In this document: positions 17,801 to 23,593 of the stretch, piece by piece
Layout of the letters: each line of letters starts with the position of its first letter
Numbering within the stretch: position 1 is the stretch's first letter
NCBI GenBank assembly: GCA_900545265.1
Contig: UQYI01000001.1
Location: 4,145 to 68,144, forward strand
Reading direction: 5' to 3'
Origin: an uncultured Eubacteriales bacterium
GTDB lineage: Bacteria; Bacillota; Clostridia; Christensenellales; CAG-138
Length of the DNA: 64,000 nucleotides
Notes under the pieces: model-generated
The model's input: only the letters and a program-made list of their open reading frames with translations
Database searches by the model: none
What the model was told of the DNA's origin: nothing
Made by a program: the position numbers and the translations under genes

Positions 17801-18228
17801 TTATCCACTACAAATTTTGCTCCGCTATATATCGCGGTATCGGAGGAATCGGCCTTTGTATAGGTTGCCGCCCATGTACCGTTCGCAGAGTCAGTCTGAA
17901 TCGTATGCGTCAGCCCTGCATCGACCTGCCGGCTACCCTCGGCCTTGGTCCAAGTCGCCGTTTGGCTGGCTGTGTTGCCCGCCTGATCCCATGCGGTCAA
18001 GGTCAACGTATACGTCTGCTCATTGTCGAGTCCGGTGATGTTCCAGCGTGCAATAATCGCATCCGTTAGCGTTGTCGTGCCGGTTGCAATTGTTGTTTTT
18101 TTCCGTAGAAGTTCCTGTCCCGAGATGATACTCCAGTTTCCATCCGGAAAAATCATTTGCGTTTGTGGTAATTGTCGCGCGTACCTGCACAATCCCACCC
18201 GTGTCCGAGACGACAGTCGGGCCCGCAA
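11812..18228 (-). CDS. RHS/YD-repeat body of RHS-2 with C-terminal NlpC/P60 domain (5' part displaced by frameshift)
   Basis: 2138-aa ORF with dozens of YD repeats (YTYD, YAYD, YEYD...). Core end LYMNARYYNPATARFLSQDTYTG...YAYCNNNPVNMVDPTGH, followed by a 224-aa tip. The first ~45 listed residues (MRARLSSRTRVGLCRY...) look out-of-frame. The real sequence joins the 18020-20536 ORF at the A7 run. Confidence 0.9.
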   Translation of the reverse strand: MRARLSSRTRVGLCRYARQLPQTQMIFPDGNWSIISGQELLRKKTTIATGTTTLTDAIIARWNITGLDNEQTYTLTLTAWDQAGNTASQTATWTKAEGSRQVDAGLTHTIQTDSANGTWAATYTKADSSDTAIYSGAKFVVDNVVRDTQTEDEPGLSFTLPSGFAEGSTHYLYVMAFDEAGEPVYSHSTYEKQHLFLPANGTSGFTLDGVAVTDGIAALTGESGMLITPVLALSGTISYIDLIVNQTVPSGSSIGYEISVDGDTWQTITPVSTDGGVTVTKANRLYLYGSNTSSSVRIRATLGKGTATASPTIDQIYAETRYIFYGSSELIQTAFLTDARGFTELNNTEVLESGGLTLSNASESGTVQSTRRLLAGEAEATRLIVDASIPDGAGITYHLSTDGGTTWQAVPTVAADDQSTWNAVTAGGEEIVLRATLEANADGEKPVLSSWSLEVRAAMPGEAQTVSLIDPPNNLSAFSGANNLTVLRWAPSETEGVTYSVYRSETPYFTLSNSTLVASGLTDCNWSDFNLNYGKTFYYLVAAVKNGRVSEPTNQVVGTVVDEDELEKQLGLQDYWSYAQFSTDSGAGYVNVANGNVVYQTSDLVVADPFFAMAMRRTFNSQTTSKTALGVGWDYSFNTVLMREYDSIGTEVGLILKDGDGSLHRFALQEDGTYASAPGTRMVLAYIEATADAPAEYTITRKDNITYHFDAQTMRLKSFTNLAGAALTLTYDARGNVVEVANSVGDKLTLTYKVQRTSPSTRASRAPEATNYEEVLPNEVDYLYVNEHIDMLESLTWTSTEGDQPSITYTYAYDAQDRLISATHALSGNSGYTEIFTYSENGLSTIKNPDNRVYTLTYDNAGRLVGIAYPGGQEAAEFAYSAATTTVKTKIGDDAAYTVATYTYVPATGVITRCEDADGHPINYTYTDDLLLASVSYTNLVEGAASETPIVQSYTYDETTRDLTRMAITQGDTLLGETLYQNYQYNQPKTVKVKNGSSYQTTTYTYNAAGQVLTAVDPAGKMTTNAYNDYGYLIATTDRNGGYVSYVYDAKGRVTTISSANGAGQTPFSVVRYTYDDYGRTATAATDGMEDAVAYEYDWRGLLTKKTYANGAYEAYTYSVAGLALTARDVEGVVTTYTYDSMGRVSTARIGSGNGALTTSYTYLGSDSYGVRRVTVTDPEERTSTTWYDQNGRAVQQTGGGMTVVYRYDYMGNQTVVETLGGATGNRVVRAEYDALGNRTLTAAVAAANRTKLGSHGERLSGYVPSADLTTSAAYDMLGNNTSVTDGRGTTTTYTYDALSRLTEVRQPLSSGVTATTAYAYDQSVTGGVANAVTSAKGVTTTTVFDNSGRKLRDVVTDPDDATKSMTTAYTYDAHGQVTSVTREDGSVVRYAYDAVGNVVSEQYFASASAQAPEIAISYAYSNGGSRLESAVQITGSGETQQSVTTAYSYDQYGRVTQQRQETEAEAGALAVNYRYNSAGQVTAISYAKESAQGSFNPGNTELHILWYTYDADGRLSAIYLDAGSASTTSPTSNKKLIRSYAYNAYGDIETVTDNTSFLTGGTLTTELAYTYNDFGLPVKLTYTDVDGETRTVREETNLTYDGNGNILTEAVTEAYSGSTMKTRTYQYDLGNRLISAAYDGTTTTYTYDAVGNRLTRQQGTETAETYTYNYLNQLTRVQQGTAVTTYTYDARGNQTQQVQTGTGVTTTTNYGYDLANRLTSTNISNNAVIPLSTSATYAYNAQGQRVTRVEDEVITHFYYTGSALLFTTVNEYVLQTQNILDPAGSIVASKRFEGQAATGQDPYADDYFFYRYDIRGSVTNIVDGEGSIVKSYDYDEFGVTTSTGDTFFNEVTFTGSVADASGLLYMNARYYNPATARFLSQDTYTGSASTPWTQHLYAYCNNNPVNMVDPTGHSSWLVVILIALVTAATTGCSNQPPEPEPTEKPEPTPVRMQVVPTPSPTAGAVTDGEKAIQVAKSSGASTVALQWIETAAQYLGTPYSPYDATQQRYVRTPGTMDCSELVAAAVHSSGDISFPNTTRLQVHYLKRDNPGEFGAANEKWKFYETNSFTTDDLIPGDLIYWTKQEGRPCHVAVYVGDGYMIDATESGGGVAFRPVENYQMYGGNENAKFLGYARYSG
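11815..12279 (-). other. NlpC/P60 cysteine peptidase domain (toxin tip of RHS-2)
   Basis: YLGTPYSPYD...GTMDCSELVAAAV (catalytic Cys context) ...GDLIYW...CHVAVYVGDGYMIDA (catalytic His context). It is preceded by a Pro/Glu/Thr linker and the hydrophobic segment SSWLVVILIALVTAATTGC (12430-12486). Confidence 0.8.
12491..13005 (-). repeat. Direct repeat, copy 2 (RHS core 3' segment, RHS-2)
   Basis: See 9429-9942. Same orientation, 3062 bp apart. Confidence 0.85.
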
Positions 18229-20536
18229 TTACTGGTGCGATGATGTCGCGCTGATATGGTGTGGAAGAGCACTTTGCTGCACCAATGTTGCCCGCTGCAT
18301 CCTTGGCTCTGACCCACACGTACTGCGTACCAACAGCTGGCTCGGTGAGCGTATGTGTAAGCGCGTTGGAAGAGGGAAGATCTGAGAAGGATTCGGGTGC
18401 CGTAGTGTTTGAAGTGCTCAGCGCGTATTGGTAGATAACAGCCGAGGCATCGCTTGCAGCCGTGTGCGTAACGGTAACATTGCCGGTTGTCCAAGTAGTC
18501 GGTGAGACCGTCACACTGCTGGGTGCTGTGGGCGGTGTCAGATCGCCAACCGTAATCGTATTTGACACGGCATATTCGGAGCTGCCCACGCTGTTCTTTG
18601 CACGAACTTTTGCATAGTAGGTTGTGTTATCATTCTGGTTTGAAAATGTATAGCTGGTTCCTGTTCTGCTGACTGTCTGTACAAGCGTTCCCGCACGGTA
18701 TAGCTGCACATCATAACCGGTCGCGCCGGACGCTGCGCTCCACGATACGGTGATGGTAGCCTTTGTACCATTCTGCGTGTAAGCAGTTGTTATAGCTGTC
18801 GGCGCATTGGGCGCAGAGTTATATGTGACGACCAGCTTGGGCCTGTTTGCTGTGGTCGCGCCTTCGGTCGATGTAAAACGCTTGTAACGCGCTTCGGTCT
18901 CGTTCGGTATTTTCATGACGAATTTGCGTAGCTTACTGCTGTTGCCATACCATTCTTGCACCTTCGCCGTCATATCCCAGCTATAAGAACCGATGTTTTT
19001 AACCACCGTGCTGGAAAAATGCGTTGATTCAAAGGAAGGTTGTGTATTCCATGTCACAGTAGTAATGGAGAAGTTTGAAGTCACCTGATGCAGCCGTACC
19101 GATGGCGCGGAATTACCGGCATATTCCTCGTAGCAGGTCAAAGTCGCACCGGTGATCTGTTTGTTGGTTCCAATGGCGGTGATGAGGCTGGTAAAATCAA
19201 AGTAAACGCGTAACCGGTCGCCATTGGACATACAGCCCATCTTCAGGCCGGTCTCGGTATGATAGTTCCTAGTGCCACTGTATTGATCTGTCACATGTGT
19301 ATCCGCAATGTAGTTTGCACCACTATAGGTGGCCGAGGGATCTAATGATACTGGATACACGCGATCGCTGCTTGTCAACCATTCGCGATTCGGCGTAAGC
19401 GTGTACAGATAGCTTCCGCCCTCCAGAAGTTCGAGCTTTACATCAATGTCGTACGAAAAATTACAGTCTATATCTGATGAATCATACATCACTGGTGCTG
19501 GGATTGCGGCGACAATCTCTGCTGTGCGGCTATCAACCAAATAGGTATTGCCGTCCTCACGAAGCAAGGGTACCAGACCGCTCAACGTCAACAGAAAAGA
19601 GAAGCTGGCCTGCGTTGGAATCGAAAGAAACACAATATCTTCTTTCAGACCATTGCCCGTTGGCGTCAATACCAAGTCAATGTTGTTGCCATACACGTTC
19701 TTATAGCGTAGGCTACTATATGTTGAACGACTCGCTTCGGCATCTCCGTTCATACTGAAGATGCTGCTTCCATCAGCAAGATAACGTATATCAAAGGCAT
19801 TCAACGGCAAAAGGCCGTTTTGCGGTACCGGTGCAAGCGAAATTGAGCGACCGTCACGGCTTAGCGTTACAAGCCGGTTTTCGGTGATTGTTGTTTGAAA
19901 ATCTATGCGTACCGGCGACTTGGCGCTCGTAAGCGTCTGGAGACCATCTTGTGATCCCACTGTGATTTCAGGCTCAATCATGCGCCACTTGCCGCTGGAA
20001 GTCTTGTAACGGACGGGCGAGAGGTATAGCTCAACCGTGCCGCTTCCATCCTCATCTTCATTACGGATGATGTATGCCTCGAGATCTTCTGCGGTTAGTT
20101 CCGGTTGCAGTTCGAGCAACTCTTCATACTCGGCCATGGTTATAACATCACGCTCTTGCTTCGTGCCAGAAAACAGAGAGATACGTGTATCGATCTGTTC
20201 TTCTTCTAACTGCAATCCATCTTGCGATGTAATAGATGCATCTGGAAGGGAGGATGATTCTACGGCTTCTTCGCCATCTTCATCCGATTGTCCCGGCACC
20301 GTTTCTGACGGTTCCGCGACCGATTCAGCTTCTTCTCCTTGTGATGCTGGAGCGGATTCGTCCTCTGATGGCTCTGAAGTTGACAAAGTTATATCATTAA
20401 AAGACTCCCTTGCCACATTGGGTGAACTCATCTTTCCTGTGCTCAACGCCAATGCTGTTGCAGGTGAAATAATGTATCCTGACAAGAGAAAAACTGCAAC
20501 CAGAAACACACTCAGCGCTCGCCTGAACCCCTTCAT
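18020..20536 (-). CDS. N-terminal module of RHS-2: signal peptide, acidic linker, DNRLRE-type domain, FN3/Ig-like repeats
   Basis: 838-aa ORF. Signal MKGFRRALSVFLVAVFLLSGYIISPATALA. VYPVSLDPSATYSG...GDRLRVYFDFTSL...TVTWNTQPSF (DNRLRE-like). Then PNAPTAIT...YYAKVRAKNSVGSS and PPTAPSS...YVWVRAKDAAGN FN3-like units. The last ~25 residues (EKNNNCNRHDNANGCDYCTLEHHRTRQ) look like out-of-frame read-through. Confidence 0.85.
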   Translation of the reverse strand: MKGFRRALSVFLVAVFLLSGYIISPATALALSTGKMSSPNVARESFNDITLSTSEPSEDESAPASQGEEAESVAEPSETVPGQSDEDGEEAVESSSLPDASITSQDGLQLEEEQIDTRISLFSGTKQERDVITMAEYEELLELQPELTAEDLEAYIIRNEDEDGSGTVELYLSPVRYKTSSGKWRMIEPEITVGSQDGLQTLTSAKSPVRIDFQTTITENRLVTLSRDGRSISLAPVPQNGLLPLNAFDIRYLADGSSIFSMNGDAEASRSTYSSLRYKNVYGNNIDLVLTPTGNGLKEDIVFLSIPTQASFSFLLTLSGLVPLLREDGNTYLVDSRTAEIVAAIPAPVMYDSSDIDCNFSYDIDVKLELLEGGSYLYTLTPNREWLTSSDRVYPVSLDPSATYSGANYIADTHVTDQYSGTRNYHTETGLKMGCMSNGDRLRVYFDFTSLITAIGTNKQITGATLTCYEEYAGNSAPSVRLHQVTSNFSITTVTWNTQPSFESTHFSSTVVKNIGSYSWDMTAKVQEWYGNSSKLRKFVMKIPNETEARYKRFTSTEGATTANRPKLVVTYNSAPNAPTAITTAYTQNGTKATITVSWSAASGATGYDVQLYRAGTLVQTVSRTGTSYTFSNQNDNTTYYAKVRAKNSVGSSEYAVSNTITVGDLTPPTAPSSVTVSPTTWTTGNVTVTHTAASDASAVIYQYALSTSNTTAPESFSDLPSSNALTHTLTEPAVGTQYVWVRAKDAAGNIGAAKCSSTPYQRDIIAPVIAGPTVVSDTGGIVQVRATITTNANDFSGWKLEYHLGTGTSTEKNNNCNRHDNANGCDYCTLEHHRTRQ
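18096..18102. repeat. A7/T7 homopolymer at the RHS-2 frameshift
   Basis: Plus strand has ttttttt; the coding strand reads GGAACTTCTACGGAAAAAAACAACAATTGC. With A6 the reading becomes GTSTEKTTIATGTTTLTDAIIARWNITG, which continues the Ig-like domain into the 2138-aa frame. Confidence 0.85.
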
Positions 20537-20687
20537 TCGCCATTTCCTCCATATTCATTTGTTTTGAGTAGGTTTGTAAAAGAGACTGAAAACAGGTCGG
20601 TCGGGTAGGATTCCTTCTACTACAGCCAAAGCGGATATGGAAAGTTTCTTATGTCTCAATCATACATGTTTTGGAAGATATATCCAT

Positions 20688-20719
20688 CCATATTGTTTTA
20701 TGTTTACAAAGAGTTCACA
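20688..20719 (-). promoter_or_regulatory. Conserved upstream box, copy 2 (upstream of RHS-2)
   Basis: CCATATTGTTTTATGTTTACAAAGAGTTCACA. The 17-nt core at 20701-20717 is identical to 6858-6874 and lies 165 nt upstream of the RHS-2 ATG. Confidence 0.5.
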
Positions 20720-20912
20720 CACTATCATCTACATGCGTATCAAAATAATGTAATTGATTCGTGATGAATCAACAGAAAGGATATTGCCATCGACAAGGAT
20801 TAATGTTATTTTAAGATGGTTAGTGCAAAAGCATATGGTTGGTTATAAATGTTCAACTTTCCTCTGATTTCTAAAGCTGAGTAATATATGTAGATTTATG
20901 CTAAGCGGCTAT

Positions 20913-20994
20913 GATTGCAAGAAAAACGTATTTGACAATATTGTTTTTCAAATACGCACGCAATCTTGCAATCGGACAAAAGTCTGTCTATAGG
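20913..20994 (+). promoter_or_regulatory. Nested inverted repeats (operator-like) overlapping a candidate promoter of the WYL gene
   Basis: GATTGCAAG-aaaaa-CGTATTTGA-caatattgttttt-TCAAATACG-cacgcaat-CTTGCAATC: two perfect 9-bp palindromic arm pairs. The right outer arm contains TTGCAA (20966-20971), followed by a 17-nt spacer and TATAGG (20989-20994). Confidence 0.5.
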
Positions 20995-21019
20995 GTTAGG
21001 GATGAAAGGAGACCCGGGT

Positions 21020-21979
21020 ATGGATACGCAGATCAGCAAGCGGCGCCTACTCATGCTGTTAAAACTGCTTCGAGAGCAGACGGACGAGGAACACTCGCTA
21101 TCCACGGCTGAAATCATCGAATACTTTGATAAACAGGGTATCGTAATCGAACGGCGAACGGTGGTTGCAGATATTGAACTGCTCTGTGAAGCGGGCTATG
21201 ACATCGTGACCGTCAGAGGAAAGCAGAACCGATTCTTTTTTGGCGTACGGGAGCTTGAGTTGCCAGAGGTGAAGCTGCTAATTGATGCGGTATATGCCTC
21301 GAAGTTTATCACACCCGCAAAGAGTGAGGCACTGATCAAGAAGCTATCTCAATTTGTGAGTGTGTACCAGGCGGATTGCCTGCAACGCCACTTGTATGTT
21401 AACGAACGCATCAAGTCCGTCAACGAAACCGTCTACTATTCTGCAGACGTGATCCGCGCGGCCATCGAACAAAAGCGTCAAATCACCTTTCAGTACTATG
21501 AATACACGCCTACCAAGCATAAAATATTGAAGCACAAGGGTAAGGTTTATCGCTTCAGCCCGTATGACTTGATATGGAACGAGGATAGGTATTATGTTCT
21601 TGGATATTCAAACAGCCACAATAAGGTTATTAGCTTTCGCGTAGACAGAATGTACAAGGTCGCCCTCAGTGATGCTTTTGCCATTACTCCACCAAGTGAT
21701 TACTCCATTGCCACATACGGCAGCAAGGTTTTCGATATGTTTGACGGGCATAATGCAACGGTCGCGCTACGCTGTCAAAACGATCTCATGCGGGTTATCG
21801 TAGACAGATTTGGCGAGGATGTTTGCACAGAGGTATTGGACAAAGAACATTTTCTTGCAACGGTTGAAGTTTCCATCAGCCCAACGTTCTTTGGCTGGGT
21901 TTTCCAGTTTGCCGATGGAATTAGAATTGTTTCTCCACCAGAAATTGTCCAAGAATACAAGGAAATGCTGACAAGCTGA
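21020..21979 (+). CDS. HTH + WYL domain transcriptional regulator
   Basis: Track ORF 20966..21979 trimmed to MDTQISKRR, which follows AAAGGAGA. N-terminal wHTH-like LLMLLKLLREQTDEEHSLSTAEIIEYF. WYL signature KVYRFSPYDLIWNEDRYYVLGYS. C-terminal WCX-like part. Confidence 0.85.
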   Translation: MDTQISKRRLLMLLKLLREQTDEEHSLSTAEIIEYFDKQGIVIERRTVVADIELLCEAGYDIVTVRGKQNRFFFGVRELELPEVKLLIDAVYASKFITPAKSEALIKKLSQFVSVYQADCLQRHLYVNERIKSVNETVYYSADVIRAAIEQKRQITFQYYEYTPTKHKILKHKGKVYRFSPYDLIWNEDRYYVLGYSNSHNKVISFRVDRMYKVALSDAFAITPPSDYSIATYGSKVFDMFDGHNATVALRCQNDLMRVIVDRFGEDVCTEVLDKEHFLATVEVSISPTFFGWVFQFADGIRIVSPPEIVQEYKEMLTS

Positions 21980-21995
21980 CAACAGATAAAGGCAT

Positions 21996-22030
21996 TGAGG
22001 TGGCGTGTTGACACGCCACCTCATTTTATT
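21996..22030 (+). terminator. Rho-independent terminator after the WYL gene
   Basis: TGAGGTGGCGTG-ttga-CACGCCACCTCA followed by TTTTATT. Confidence 0.8.
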
Positions 22031-22105
22031 CTCTTGAATACGAACAAATGTTCGAATATACTGTAATAGAAGTGTTCGGGACGAGTGAACAGAGCAGGAG
22101 GCGAA

Positions 22106-22537
22106 ATGAAAATGAGCATCACATTTGGTAGTTATATCAGAGAGAAGTGCAAGGAGAAAAGTCTGTCCCTCCGCGCGCTCGCGGGGAAGACTGGTCTTTC
22201 GCCCGTGTATCTGAGCAACATTGAGAACGACCGTTGCCCTGCGCCCTCACGCAAGTATCAAGACAGGACGGTCGAGGTGCTGGACCTGACCCGCAGCGAG
22301 GCAGAAATTCTGTATGACCTCGCCGCTGATTCGCAGATAAATGGTGTGTCGCAGGATTTACCAGACTATATTATGCGGCACGATGTTGTGCGTGTTGCAC
22401 TCCGTACTGCAAAGGATGTGGACGCAACGGACGAGGAATGGCAGACATTCATTGAAACGCTCAGACAGCGCGACCAACAGAGGGAGGGGAGTACAGATGA
22501 ACAACGGTATTCGCTACTATCGTCAGCCAGTGATTGA
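22106..22537 (+). CDS. XRE-family HTH protein
   Basis: Start MKMSITF follows AGGAGG. LSLRALAGKTGLSPVYLSNIEND is a classic HTH_3 motif. The gene overlaps the next gene by 41 nt. Confidence 0.85.
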   Translation: MKMSITFGSYIREKCKEKSLSLRALAGKTGLSPVYLSNIENDRCPAPSRKYQDRTVEVLDLTRSEAEILYDLAADSQINGVSQDLPDYIMRHDVVRVALRTAKDVDATDEEWQTFIETLRQRDQQREGSTDEQRYSLLSSASD

Positions 22538-23204
22538 TCTGATTGCGAGGAACGTGCTGGACGGATATGACCGCCGCTTACTGATCGGCAAGCCAACCGC
22601 GATTCCAATTGATGATATCATTGAATCGCTGGGCCTTATTGTGGAGTACCATTATCTCCGCAACTGTGACCGCATCTGCGGAGAAACGGTGTTTGATACA
22701 GCTGAAGTTATCGTGTATGACATGGAAAAACGGAAGTATAAAACCATCATCGTCAAAGGTGGCACGATTATTGCTGACGCACACCTGTTGGACAGCGGCA
22801 ACGAGGGAAGGTTGCGATTCACCTTCGCTCACGAATTGGCGCATTGGATACTGCACAAGAACATCTTTTGTGGCTCACAGTATTCCGCAGCCATGACAAA
22901 AGTGCCGATCACAGAGGACTGCAAGTTAAGCTCTGAGGTTGACCGCGCCATAGAGCGTCAAGCAGATATGCTTGGTACAGCCCTTATTATGCCCATTACA
23001 CAGGTCAAGCGGGCGTACTATGCCATCAGTCGTAATCAAGGCAGCACACAGATTTTTTCACGCAGCAGATTGACAAATTTACCGGGTCATTGCATCCTAT
23101 CAGAGGAAACACCGCTATCGGTGGGGAGCATTGCTTCCTCTTCTGGGCTTCCTTTGTTGAAGTTCAGGCTGATAGCCGGTGTTTTTTTATGTTCACGTAT
23201 TTAA
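22497..23204 (+). CDS. ImmA/IrrE-family (COG2856) zinc metallopeptidase
   Basis: Track ORF 22341..23204 trimmed to MNNGIRYY, which follows GGAGGGGAG. HEXXH motif FAHELAHWILH, with downstream ERQADMLGTALIMP. Paired with the XRE gene, as in ImmR/ImmA-type modules. Confidence 0.8.
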   Translation: MNNGIRYYRQPVIDLIARNVLDGYDRRLLIGKPTAIPIDDIIESLGLIVEYHYLRNCDRICGETVFDTAEVIVYDMEKRKYKTIIVKGGTIIADAHLLDSGNEGRLRFTFAHELAHWILHKNIFCGSQYSAAMTKVPITEDCKLSSEVDRAIERQADMLGTALIMPITQVKRAYYAISRNQGSTQIFSRSRLTNLPGHCILSEETPLSVGSIASSSGLPLLKFRLIAGVFLCSRI

Positions 23205-23324
23205 GCCTGCCTCTTTGCCCTTCCCTGCTTTTCTGTCCATCATTTCGCATTTTGGGCACGGATTATTCCTGCTTTGCCCGCCGCATTTTAATGCCGCACG
23301 TCCATTGCCATTAACGTACAGAAA

Positions 23325-23361
23325 AAGCGCCGGAAGGAGCGTTATCCTTTCCGGCGCTTAT
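23325..23361. terminator. Bidirectional terminator between ImmA (+) and the ABC operon (-)
   Basis: AAGCGCCGGAAGGA-gcgtta-TCCTTTCCGGCGCTT (one bulge), with A-rich sequence on the left and T-rich on the right. Confidence 0.7.
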
Positions 23362-23380
23362 TTGCAGTATCTGCTTTGTT

Positions 23381-23590
23381 TCAGCTGGCAAACCCTGTAA
23401 AGGCCCAGGCAACCAGTGCAAACAGCAGCAGTATTCCGAGAGCTATGGGCAGGAACACCATAAAAGCAGATAAGATCAGGGCTTTCAAATCTCCCTTTTC
23501 CATACCGCCTCCCCGATGGATCTCATCGGCAAGGGCTTCCGCTTTCTTCGGGTCATACTTTTTCAGCTTTCGAAACTTTTCAATGAGCAT
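23381..23590 (-). CDS. Small membrane protein (69 aa), last gene of the ABC operon
   Basis: MLIEKFRKLKKYDPKKAEALADEIHRGGG... followed by one TM helix, LILSAFMVFLPIALGILLLFALVAWAF. It starts 3 nt after the ATPase stop. Confidence 0.55.
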   Translation of the reverse strand: MLIEKFRKLKKYDPKKAEALADEIHRGGGMEKGDLKALILSAFMVFLPIALGILLLFALVAWAFTGFAS

Positions 23591-23593
23591 GGG

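Noticed and set aside
21020-23204. XRE/ImmA/WYL genes as evidence for a prophage or ICE
   Set aside because: No integrase, recombinase, replication, structural or conjugation genes, and no att-like repeats, are present in the window. I treated them as island-border regulators instead.
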